From Octopus sinensis (lineage: Eukaryota): DNA of 64,000 nucleotides. The position numbers were made by a program, and so were the translations under genes. The stretch lies in assembly GCF_006345805.1 (NCBI RefSeq), contig NC_042997.1, forward strand, positions 43,276,001 to 43,340,000, written 5' to 3'. Below the pieces are notes generated by a model. The model searched no databases, was not told the origin of the DNA, and was given only the letters and a program-made list of their open reading frames with translations. Below, piece by piece: positions 12,826-24,261 of this stretch; position 1 is the stretch's first letter; each line of letters starts with the position of its first letter.

Positions 12826-13170
12826 AGGTGCATCTTCTGCGCCTATTTCCAGGACAATTCCCATCGTTATGCCACTAACATCACGCCATACAACACCTTT
12901 CTCTGACTTCGACTCATACCGATTTCCTTTCACTAGATCATTCTTATTCACTATCTCCACGATATCCTTATTTTCAACCGTCCTTTCTCCAGCTTTATAT
13001 CCCTAGCTAATTCCTCTTGTTCTCCTCTTCACATAGCTGCATGCAATTCGGAACCACTCAGCAGTAAGCTAGTCCCCATCCGTAATGCCATGATGGACCG
13101 TGAAGTCTGGCGTAGCATGGTAAATTCCATTGTCTCGACCACGGTCGAACAATGATGACTGATGATGATG
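12826..13170 (+). mobile_element. Chimeric insertion: inverted copy of 9647-9901 fused to an RTE 3' end
   Basis: 12826-13080 is the reverse complement of 9647-9901; 13081-13170 encodes NAMMDREVWRSMVNSIVSTTVEQ* followed by a (GAT)n tail; flanked by ACATC direct repeats. Confidence 0.75.
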
Positions 13171-16100
13171 ACATCTCTATATATTATCTATACAATTCGC
13201 AGAAACTTGACGGATAAGAAGGAGTTTCACGCAATCACTAAATGTTGGGAGAATAATCTGTTCTTTTCGGAATCGCATTGATACGTTTTCGTGATTAATT
13301 TATATCTTGTCGAGAAGCTGAGAGGAGGGGGGCAGAGAGAGATTTTAATATTTATCTTGAAGTTGAAAACACAAATTGAATTACTAAACAATTTGCTGGA
13401 AAATTGCGTTACGTAAGGGAGATAAAAGGAGACGAGTATGCATTGGTCCACCGGATTTTTAGCTTGTCCTCATTCACTATTTCCGTTTATTGGATGCCAA
13501 GGATATTTTCTGTTTGGCTGCCACTTTTCAATTACTTCAATTTTTGTTCCAATTGATTTTAAATTTGGTGTATTGGTATACGTCTGTAAAATAATCATTG
13601 ACATGAAATTCATTTTCGTCATAAATCATTAAATAAAGAGTTAATAGCTTTTAAAGTTTGCAAATTTGGGGTAATTTTAGCCAATCGAAAGTCACAGACA
13701 TAGAGCTGCCTGTTTCCATAGTAACAAGCCAAGCTGTTACAAACTGCTTAACACATGTTCTTTTTGTCGCTTATTAAATGCTTAAAACATGTGGTATGAG
13801 ATGTACTAAAAATAACAGCTAAATAGGCCTTAAATCACGCATGATTTTTTTTAAAATAAGGGCATGAATTCCCTTTTGTGGAATACAAATTCACAAAAAT
13901 CTTCTGAAAATTCCCAAAATTAGAGTTATGGCAGGATTCCGCCAATATTTCATTTAATTACAGTTGACAACATGCATAACATTACAGCTTCCAAATCATG
14001 CTTTCAAAATGGGTAAAAATGATCAAACTTTAAAGCTCTAACTTTTTTTTTAAATTTTTCGTAAAGTGAAGTATTTCCTGAGATTCAGTGTGGAAAACTA
14101 CACTAATACATCAAATTTTCAAATTTTCACTAAACTTCAAAATTTCCTTCTCTATTATGTATTTAAAAAAATGCTAATTAGCTTTAAAAAAAAACTAGCA
14201 GGTCATAGAAAATAAATTGACTTGAAAGTTGAATTGATTTCATTTATTCCTCTGCATTCACAAGTAACCATTCTACTTTTCTACTGAATAAGTTCATTTA
14301 AATTATTACAAATAGCTATTTAAGAAAAAGATTATTTAAATTTTCATTTATGGTTTCCCGCTTAAATTGTTATTGCTGACAGTGTTAAAAGAACGTTTGT
14401 GCTTCTTGAAAGTTGCTGCCGGTCAAGCCAATAAATTATGAGACAAATAGATTGCAAAATCTGAATTTGCATTCCTAAATCTTGTCGAAATCAGTTTTAC
14501 TTTACATTTTTCTGGGGTTAATAAAATAAGTACCTGCCGAGTACTGACCCAAAATAATCCATTATTTTCCATCTCCACCAAAAGGAATATGGCAATATTA
14601 GAAATTAAACCCTCTATCAACTAGTTATAAATAGGTTCTGTTTGGATGTACAGGACATTGCAATGTATAAAGATTTTCTTAAATATAGCATTTTTTAACA
14701 ATTCAAATTTTATTTTATAAATATTCCATGAAAATTGAAATTTGAATTTAATAATTACATGTATAACACGCATGTATATGATACATATGATGCACCACCA
14801 CATTAAAATACAAATCCCAAACTGAAGAAAACACAAACATGAATTAGACAAAGAAAGGGAAAGAAGAAAATGAGGAAGGGTGAAAAAACAGCAATTCAAC
14901 ATTAAGTGCTTAAATTCTGGATAATCCTGTCAACTTTACAATTGTAGGGATAGTAAAAAGAGCAAGGGCCCGCTTAATGATTAGGTTTAACTTAGTGTTG
15001 ACGAGCGAGACAAACCATGAAGATCTGTGGACATCTCAGTACCCCGCACAGGTCGGTCCCCATTCTGAGTGCAGTGGAAATACGGAGCTCATCTAGACTG
15101 GGTAGATACCAATGTTGGTTACATACAAGGCATTAATCCAGTCCCTGAGAATTTCTTAAATGCTTCGCAAAAAGAAGAAAAGAAAAGTAACACTCTTTTT
15201 AGAATCAATTCATGACGATGAAAATTTTGCGAGGTTGCCAGAATTTCCTTTTTTTTTTTTTTTTTGATAATTGCCGAGAATCAGAAACTTGCTCTAAACC
15301 CATATGTCATTCAGAAGTAAATCCTGTTTAAAGATCTCACACGAGAAGTCATAAACAGAATTGACAGGTGCTAAAAAACTATATATTTGGCAATTTTTTC
15401 AGAAACAAACAAACAAGTCCGAGAAAACAATATTGAAATAATCATAAACCATTTGGCATGAAATCACTCTCTCTAAAACATTCCAATTTGTTTCCGGAAA
15501 ACGTAGGACTTCTCTCTGCTTTTCCCGTCCTACTGTAGTGACCTGTGTCCTCGGACAGACTACTTTCTGTTACTTCCATTGATGCACTTCCGATTGAGGT
15601 ATCTCTCTTCTTTTCATCTCTAACATGCATAGAAGCCCTGCATTAACCACAACGGCCTTTCCTTACACCCACAAAACATCGAATCGCTGTAATTCCCATT
15701 ATGTCCCTTCCTTTTCCTCCTGCAGCATTTCAACCCACCAGTCTCCAAGCGCCTGCAAACGAGCACAACCCGTTGTTCCAGACCATTCTTATAAATTAAA
15801 AAGAAACAACAACATCGTAATGAAAAATACGATATTTCTCCTTCGTTAAAATGTAGTGTCCCTAAAACTTGACATTGTGTGTGTGTGATGTCTACGTGCG
15901 CAATCTTCGTATTTTTTTCCAGATATATACCCGCGCCTTTTGTAGGACCGTGCTGCAGGCTCCGATATGTAAGAGTTAATTGTATGCGGTGCAGTACCTT
16001 TTTATTGTTTAAGTCTTATTTTAAAGACAAAAAACAAAAAATGTCGTAAAATGCGAAAGAAATGAAAATAATAAAATGGAAAAGAAATTTGAGATAGAAA

Positions 16101-16329
16101 AAATTGTTGGAAAACTGAAAAAATTGCATATTTCTGAATACACCTCATATGGATTAGTCGAAATACATGCATCTTCGGTGAAATAAGGAATATTAGGTGT
16201 TTGGTGAAGTAGAACGGAATGCTTTCTGATAAATATCTCGGTCATCGGTGCGAAACGTTACGACACACTGAATCTTCTGAGATACTTATTTGATTTCCGA
16301 AGGCTGAGATTCATTATGTCACTTTAGAT

Positions 16330-16950
16330 CAGGTGTTCCCAACCTTATTTTGCTTCTGGACTTCTTATCTTATCACCCGTGAACCCCTATATGCACATGT
16401 AAATTTTTGAAATAAAATATTTGTTTGTAGGTTAGTAATAAAATATTTGTTTGTAGGTTAGTCTTCTACTATAGCCTCGGGCCGACCAAAGCCTTGTGAG
16501 TGGATCTGGAAGACGGAAACTGAAAGAAGCCCGTCGTATATATGTATATATATATATATGTGCGTACGTGTGTTTGTGTGTCTGTATTTGTCCCCCTAGC
16601 ATTGCTTGACCACCGATGCTGGTGTGTTTATGTCCCCGTTACTTAGCGGTTTGGCAAAAGAGACCGATAGAATAAGTACTGGGCTTACAAAAGAATAAGT
16701 CCCGGGGTCGAGTTGCTCGATTAAAGGCGGTGCTCCAGCATGGCCGCAGTCAAATAACTGAAACAAGTAAAAGAGTAAATGAAACAGTTTCGTTATATTC
16801 ACAACATAAATTCCAAATACAAATCTTGAAAATTTCAATAAGTACAGGTACCTCTCCTAGTAAACAAAATTTATATATGGACCCACAAATTAGAAATTTT
16901 TATTCGTGGATCCCCTTAAAGCTTCTAATGACCCCGGTTCGGAACCCCTA
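16330..16950. mobile_element. hAT-type MITE carrying a 5'-truncated SINE A (16462-16777)
   Basis: CAGGTGTTCCCAACC ... GGTTCGGAACCCCTA termini; 8-bp TSD CTTTAGAT (16322-16329 / 16951-16958). Confidence 0.8.
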
Positions 16951-17039
16951 CTTTAGATAATAAAACGTACACATCAAGCTGTTAATCACTAACAATTTCA
17001 TAAATTCAAACGATCGCTATTCATACGCAGATAATTTCA

Positions 17040-17168
17040 GAACCAACAATGCTTTGTTTGCGTCACATCTCTACGGCCAAATGTGAGGAAATATGCTTGG
17101 CGAAGAACCAACAATGCTTTGTTAGTGTCACGTCTCTACGGCCATATGTGATGAAATACGTTTAGCGA
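17040..17168. repeat. Tandem duplication, ~64 bp x 2
   Basis: GAACCAACAATGCTTTGTT..GTCAC.TCTCTACGGCCA.ATGTGA.GAAATA occurs twice. Confidence 0.85.
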
Positions 17169-17254
17169 CTATGATGAACTACTATTTGCGGACATTATAC
17201 TTCCATGTGCCACCACCAATCACCGATTTTGTTTTGTTCATTACTTTCTTAACA

Positions 17255-17748
17255 ATATATCTCCTCAAAGACATACAGCATCTCGAAAGAGTCCAGAAGC
17301 TGGCTACCCGCATGGTTCATGGTCTCAAAAATTTGTCTTATGAAGAAAGGCTGAGGACGCTCGACCTTTATTCTCTAGAAAAACGCCGACGCCGTGGTGA
17401 TCTCATTCTTGCTCACAACATCATAAGCGGAAAGTGTAACCTCTGGAAAGAGCTGTTCTTCACTCCTGCTCCAGAGCGTCGGCTGCGGGGTCATTCCGAA
17501 AAGCTCTACCTGCGACGATTTCATCTCAATCGAAGGAGAGGAGCTTTCTCCGTCCGGGTTGCGGATCCGTGGAATAAGCTGCCAGACGAGATGGTGAAGA
17601 TGCCGACGACCGCTTTGTTCAAAGCCTCCCTTGACCTCAAGTGGCCTGAACTCTTTACATGAACACCACCCTGTACTTAACTCCATGTCCCCCTACATGG
17701 CCTTGCTATTTGCTTTTTGAGCCAATTTAACTAACTAACTAACTAACT
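17255..17748 (+). mobile_element. 5'-truncated CR1-clade LINE 3' end
   Basis: LERVQKLATRMV..LSYEERLRTLDLYSLEKRRRRGDLI...RGH...FSVRV..WNKLP; (TAAC)n tail. Confidence 0.9.
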
Positions 17749-18579
17749 ATATATGTTATTGAAAACGATTACGATTATGTTAAATATTTTTTTAAAAAAT
17801 TACTCAATAATTCCTTACACAACGAGGAAACTATATTATTTTTAATATTATTCATTAGCAACATGAAATCGGGGGCGGGGGTATAATGAAAAAAATGTGC
17901 AGTTTAAGTCTATTCTACCATAATACAAATCAAGTGTTGAAGTTTACAACTGATTCAGAAATGACTCAGTGATTGACTGATGCAATAATGTGTATTATGC
18001 AAATAAGTGTATACATAAAAATGTTATAAATACCATACATATTATTGCATCAGTACATACACCTGTTTGCGTGGTACACATTATTGCATCAACCAGCCAT
18101 TGAGTTTTTGAAACAGCTGTAAAAATATATCAAAAATTACATTTTTTATCATTGAATATCAAAGCGTAACAATTGAACAAACTATGACAAGTAATATTGA
18201 TTTTTAACCCTAATCAGTTACTGATCCTCTACATAATTCAAACGGAGCTACATTCAGGGCCTATAAGTTCCAAGTCTTAGTGAGCCTAGCAGGGGCACTC
18301 TTTCTTTAAAAGAAGAAAAAGAAACATCCGACAACCCCACTTGGATTCTTACAACCCAGTCTTGTCTCTTTCAGCAGTAAGGATGCACAAGCGCTACTCA
18401 TATCAAATAAACATCATTGCACCACTCTTCCTTTTAATCATGAAGAGCATTCAGTAAGAGTCCTCAAAATCGCTTCAGTTATTGTTGGGGCTCACTATTA
18501 CGGAGGATCTCTCCTTACTATAGATCATGTTGCATTCTAGCCACTCTTCTGAGTCGGAAGATACTTAACCCTACAACAA

Positions 18580-18945
18580 TTATTGAGACCCAAAATGGAG
18601 CATTTCTCTCACATCTGGAACAGTGCTGCTGAACACACAGACATCCTAGATCGCCTCCAGCATCTAGCCGACAGGCAAGCTGTCTCCTCTTTCTACCTTT
18701 TCTGTCACTAATTTAAAAGCTTCTACTCTTTCAGATTAGTCGGTTTCATTACCCCCTTCACGTCGGCACTCATGTCCCACTCACCTCTCACCTCGACGTT
18801 CTGTCCACAAGCCCTTCCCACCATCAAACTCCACAAGGATCACTACGTCCTATCCTTTCACAGAACGTCGGCTCTCTTTTTCAGCTTATGCCTTTCCCAG
18901 AGATGTTGACATACAAAGGTTCAAGACGAATATTAATATCAATCT
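18580..18945 (+). mobile_element. Highly degenerate non-LTR retrotransposon 3' fragment
   Basis: RPKMEHFSHIW..LDRLQ..RQAVSSFYLF resembles RPxMEYCSHIW..LDRVQ..RRxVASLSLFY of CR1/Jockey-group C-termini. Confidence 0.45.
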
Positions 18946-18998
18946 CATGGGTGTATAAAGGCCTTCAAAGAAGCCTTCCCCTTCCCCCAAGTCCAAAA

Positions 18999-19038
<40 letters not shown>

Positions 19039-19397
19039 GGCAAAATAATTAAGATTCAAATGAATTCCAATGAATTCACATGAATGCGGTACTTAACTTA
19101 GATGCACCAGAATTCTTTATGGTATTAACCATAAAATAATGTGGGGTGAAATGAACCGGTGTGTGACCAACAGCTTTCCTTATGTCTCCTGGAATTTATA
19201 TTTATATCTGCATCTTTATGGATGGATTTACCTTCTATGAGAAGTTAACAATCATTTTAAAAACTTTTTTTAAAAAACAGTGCATTATTAGGAAACATCT
19301 TAAGTCAGCTTATTATCTGGCTTCAAATTCATAGAACTCTTAATACTTCATAATGGATAGTTACATTCTCTAGGGTGTCTGGAAAACATATATGTGA

Positions 19398-19484
19398 TTT
19401 AGCTGATGAATACTGGACATTGTATTTGCTGCAATATTTGCGGCTTTAAATAAAATGTTCTTAGTACGAAACAATTTTACTAAA
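19398..19484 (+). ncRNA. Degenerate minimal type-I hammerhead ribozyme
   Basis: TTTAG-CTGATGA-stem II-GAAAC AATT TTA-CTAAA; two substitutions from a consensus core. Confidence 0.5.
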
Positions 19485-19518
19485 CTACTAATCCATTCTT
19501 GTTGCCTTTTTCCTTAGT

Positions 19519-19565
<47 letters not shown>

Positions 19566-19585
19566 TATATGTATATATATATATA

Positions 19586-20054
19586 CAGTAATCCCTCGAC
19601 TATCGCGGGTGTAACGTTTCCACACCCCCACCTGTGGTAGGTGAAAATCTGCGAAGTAAAAGCAGCAATAATAATATATTTATAATAATTTTTTTTATAA
19701 TTTGTATATATCTATTTTATTATAAATGTAAAACAACAGTACACCGAGTTTCGTTTTCCATACAGTATGTGCCATTCTTTGTTTACTCATCTACGTATTT
19801 TCTTTTAATATATTCTAATTAATGTGTTATACAGTGCAGTACTGTACTGTATGTTTATTTATTAATTTATAGTCGTAAAAATGCTTATTTTATCACAGAA
19901 ATAATTAGAATCTAAAAAAATACAAACACTTATCGGCCACAGAGACCCGCGATATACTGAGGAGTCCGCGATATAAATTTACATATATTTGCCAGAAAAA
20001 TCCGCTATGTACTGAACGTGCAATAGGTAAGCACGATATAGCGAGTGATTACTT
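19586..20054. mobile_element. Tigger/pogo-type MITE
   Basis: TA|CAGTAATCCCTCG.CTATCGCG ... CGATATAGCGAGTGATTACT.|TA imperfect TIRs. Confidence 0.75.
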
Positions 20055-20060
20055 TATATA

Positions 20061-20964
20061 TCTATAATACATTAAAAGTCAGTTTGAATCTTGTTTGCTT
20101 GCTTGTTTGCTTACAATGTTACTCAGTCAAACTAGCGCATAATGGGAAAATACTATGAATGTGTATTATGTGTATTATGTGTATTATGTTTACCCTGAAA
20201 TGTTAATACGAATGAAACAAGTTTTACCTAAAATTGGTAAAGTGGTTTTCGAGATATTAGAGATTTTCGAGGTATAAATACCCAAAACGGTATATATTGG
20301 GAAAATGTTCCGAAAATAATCTTCCTCCTGAAAAGGAAGAAACTCATATTTCTATTAGATTTTTCTTCTTTTTACAGTAAATGTTTCTATTTTCGCTTTT
20401 GTTAAACCATATTTTAATCATTTAGAACTATTTTTAATTGAATGTGATTTCAAAAATGTAAGTTGTTTGTACAGTAAGTATGTATACTTTACCTTTCTTT
20501 AAACAGACAACATTTTAATGTTTTTAAAAATTATTTCCAAGGGAATACCATTGCAAAAATTTCTTTGCTATATTTAAAAAATATTCTAAAGTGAAAATGA
20601 TTTTTAAAATACGGTAAAAAAAACCCCGTTCATAACCTCAGTATGAAATATTTTTTTTCCATAGGTTTTCTCGAGTTCATGCAACGTATTTGGTTGTTAT
20701 TTCTAGCAAGCCCTGCTACCATGTAACAGCTATTTGCAGTAAGGGACCCGAAATACCTGTTACGCGGTAGCAGGACGTGCAAGAAAGAGCAACCAAGTCT
20801 TTCCTTTTCTAGGGAAAGGAGCCGTTTACACGTGATTTCGATGTCCCATTCGTTGAAAGCATGCGAAATACCCTGGAAAAGGAAAAAAGAACCTCGCGAA
20901 ACAAAACTCTGTTGCTACGAAACTCAGAGTTTCCCGATGACCCAACGGGTCACGGGTAGTCTAG
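20061..20964 (+). mobile_element. Non-autonomous Helitron
   Basis: A|TC start, (GYTT)n tract, 3' hairpin CCCGATGACCCAACGGGTCACGGG, CTAG|T end. Confidence 0.8.
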
Positions 20965-21220
20965 TATATATATACTTGAGTATAATGCGACTTCCACTTT
21001 TTGTATTTAAAATTCACTGTATATATTTTATCTTTTATATATAAAGATTTTTATTCTTGGGTATAACGCTGCTCCACGTCAACCCTAATTTTGACCAGAT
21101 ATTTTGTATTAAATTTCTCGCATTATACTCGAGTAAATAAAGAGATCTGTAAAATTTTCATTAAAAAGTTCTCTACATTTGTATAAAACGAAAATATAGC
21201 ACAGTCGCTTTTAATTGATA

Positions 21221-22013
21221 CTAGTAGTATCGCCCGGCGTTGCTCGGGTTTGTAAAGGAAATAACTATATAAGCATTTTTAGAGAGTTATAGCCAAAAAA
21301 TAGCAAAAAAAAATGCATTAAACATGGAAAAGAAATGATGGTAAATTTTTTTAAATCGTTGACTCATCGTAGACATTTTTAGAGAGTTACTCCCCTTATA
21401 TAATAGCGAGAAAATGCATTAAAATGGAAAAAAATGATGGTAATTTTTTTTTTTAATCGTAGACTCATCGTAGACGCGCGCTAATACCCAGAAGGGCTCG
21501 ATATGAATCACGACTATAAGATACCCGGTTTTGGTTAAACTGCACCGCAAAATGTGGGAGTAGTTAGGAATCTAAATCGTAGGAGACAGACACACAACTT
21601 CACTTTTATATATAAAGACTAGCAGTATCGCCCGGCGTTGCTCGGGTTTGTAAGGCAAATAACTATATAAGCATTTTTAGAGAGTTATAGCCAAAAAATA
21701 GCAAAAAAATGCATTAAAAATGGAAAAAAAAGATGGTAAATTTTTAAAAAATCGCTGACTCATCGTAGACATTTTTAGAGAGTTACTTCCCTTATATAAT
21801 AGCGAAAAATGCATTAAAATGGAAAACAATGATGGTAAATTATTTTAAAAATCGTAGACTCATCGTAGACGCGCGCTAATACCCGGAAGGGCTCGGTATA
21901 AATCACGACTATAAGATACCCGGTTTTGGTTAAACTGCACCGCAAAATGAGGGAGTAGTTAGGAATCTAAATCGTAGGAGACAGACACAGAACTTCACTT
22001 TTATATATAAAGA
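21221..22013 (-). mobile_element. Head-to-tail dimer of a ~395-bp non-autonomous Helitron (21221-21618, 21619-22013)
   Basis: On the minus strand each unit runs TCTTTATATATAAAAG...CCCGAGCAACGCCGGG..CTAG; the junction is exactly CTAG|TC; third copy at 25096. Confidence 0.9.
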
Positions 22014-22374
22014 TTTTTATTCTTGGGTATAACGCTGCTCCACGTCAGCCCTAACTTTGACCAAATTTTTTGTATTAAATTTCTCGCATTATACTCGAGT
22101 AAATAAAGAGATCTGTAAAATTGTCATTGAAAAGTTCTCTACATTTGTATAAAACGAAAATATGGCACAGTCGCTTTTAATTGACATTATAACAGACATC
22201 TTTCAATAACATTCAATGAAAGTAATATGAAAACTATGGATAATAAATATTATTTAAAAGCAGCGTTGATACAAGCTGTTGATTAAATGTTCAGTTGTTT
22301 GATAATGATGATAATGCTAATGAGGATTATTATTATTGATGATGATGGTGATGAGATGATCAAGTCTGAAAACA

Positions 22375-22452
22375 AAGAACCAGCGCAACCGGAACAGGCG
22401 TGTTGTGACGTACAGAAGCAGTTTATTCATTATTCAGTTTCTATCAGTCATT
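22375..22452 (+). promoter_or_regulatory. Probable SOAT core promoter / 5' UTR
   Basis: CpG-rich, repeat-free segment before the ATG with an ETS-like CCGGAA (22389), a CRE half-site TGACGT (22406) and an Inr-like TCAGTT (22434). Motif matches only. Confidence 0.45.
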
Positions 22453-22519
22453 ATGGCTGAAATGGATTGCGGCGCTCGTCTGCGCTTTCCTAACGGGGAT
22501 ATCAAAATGTCTAATTACG
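22453..22519 (+). CDS. SOAT1: Sterol O-acyltransferase (SOAT/ACAT), coding exon 1
   Basis: ATG...TAC G|GTAAAG; MAEMDCGARLRFPNGDIKMSNY; phase 1 joins exon 2 in frame; CpG-rich context. The N-terminus is weakly conserved, so this exon is less certain. Confidence 0.7.
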
Positions 22520-23542
22520 GTAAAGAAACTTTAATTTCATCAAAATAGTTTCGACTTCATTGAAAATTTATTATTCAGACATTATTGTTGCATCCTTTTT
22601 TTTTTTTTCAGTTTATATTCGAAAGCGTCACGGTTTTTGTTTATCGCCAAGGTTAATACCGTTTGGTCCTAAAATCGGGGTCTCGTTTGTTGTACGTAGT
22701 ATGTTTATATCAGTCCCTGATTTTTCGGCCGGACGAGGAATCGTTTGTTTCGTTACTTGACGGGAGGGAAATTGATTAATTCAAATATAAACAAACAGAA
22801 AATTACTTTGTGATTGTCGAAATGTATGAATTTGTTAGACTATAGGTTATTGTTTATTGCTTTTCGTTTTAATTTTAAATATATGAGAGTAAGACGAGAG
22901 ATCCATCAACTTCATTATATCTTCTGTTGTATTTCGTTCGTCGAATGGAATCGGCGAGAAGTCGTCGTCTTGACGCTGGATTTAATCAAGATTTGAAAAA
23001 TTAGCCAAAGAAGACCATGTAAAACATTATTGAGCAAACGAAGGAAATGTTTCCGCTGTCGTAAACTATATTCACAAAAGTTTTATTCTTGTTTTCCTCA
23101 ACATAAAAAGAAGACACGTCAGTTTGATGAGATAATTCGCTTTATGACAAGTTTATTCATTTATATACACGACATATACACACTTTCTCTCACCTATATA
23201 TAAAGTTTGTAACTATACATACGTGTATTGTATAGATTCTTGTGTGTATATTCATAGGTGTATCTATCTACCTCTGTCCCATCCATCCGTCATGTTATGT
23301 TGGGACACAGATTCTATGTTTGAACGCGTGGAGAGCAGCAAACTCAGTCCATCATCCGTCATGGAAAAACATAACTCTGCAGAAGGAGGCCTGTTTATGA
23401 GGGTTTAGGCCAGCGGTTGGTCGGGTTTGACGAACGATATACCCTAAGGCCAAACCCTTTATGGACAAGAAACCCAGAGTAATCCCACAATCCGGCCTAC
23501 CCCATTAATATATATATATATATGTGTGTTTGTGCATATAAA

Positions 23543-23628
23543 CAGGGATGGCCATAGCCATAAGTCGCTTTAGCCATTTCTTTATTATCATTATTAGAAA
23601 TGGTTAAAGCGACTTATGCCCATCCCTG
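23543..23628. mobile_element. Miniature Tc1/mariner-type hairpin MITE
   Basis: CAGGGATGG..CATAAGTCGCTTTA.CCATTTCT / AGAAATGG.TAAAGCGACTTATG.CCATCCCTG|TA. Confidence 0.7.
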
Positions 23629-23652
23629 TATATATATATATATATATATATA

Positions 23653-23847
23653 CCAATTAAGGACTGAACACGAAAAGTGGACAGTCAACATGCTAGATAT
23701 AGACGTCAAATCGCCATTCTCCACAAAGAGTATGTTCTCAAATAAAACTGAGTTTTATTTGAGAACATACTCTTTGTGGAGAATGGCGATTTGACGTCTA
23801 TATCTAGCATGTTGACTGTCCACTTTTCGTGTTCAATCCTTAATTGG
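23653..23847. repeat. Near-perfect palindrome, 97-bp arms, 1-nt spacer
   Basis: Arms 23653-23749 and 23751-23847 differ at one position. Confidence 0.95.
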
Positions 23848-24196
23848 CGATTTCCGTAAATTTTTTTTTTTTTTACATATGGGCTTGCGGGAACTTTTGA
23901 AAGTAATATACCTACATATACACATTACTCTGTCTCTTCACACACACTAACAGAAGCACTTCACTTACACAACATACTGTCTGTCTCCCACATCCCATCA
24001 AACACACACACACACATGTACATCAATGCTTCCCATACACGGTAACTTCAAAAGAACTTCCCTCGTCATACAATCGCTTTCTCTTAGTCTCTTTCGCTCT
24101 CATTACTTCAAAAGTTCCCGCAAGCCCATATGTAAAAAAAAAAAATTTTTTTACGGAAATCGACGGAAAGGTCTACTAGAGACGAAAGATTGCCCC

Positions 24197-24261
<65 letters not shown>

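Noticed and set aside
15442-15790. Possible minus-strand exon after a pyrimidine-rich acceptor
   Set aside because: Frames stop, no recognisable protein and no partner exons found.
23380-23490. Hairpin followed by GAAACCCAGAGTA (hammerhead-like)
   Set aside because: No intact CTGANGA core or stem I; too degenerate to call.
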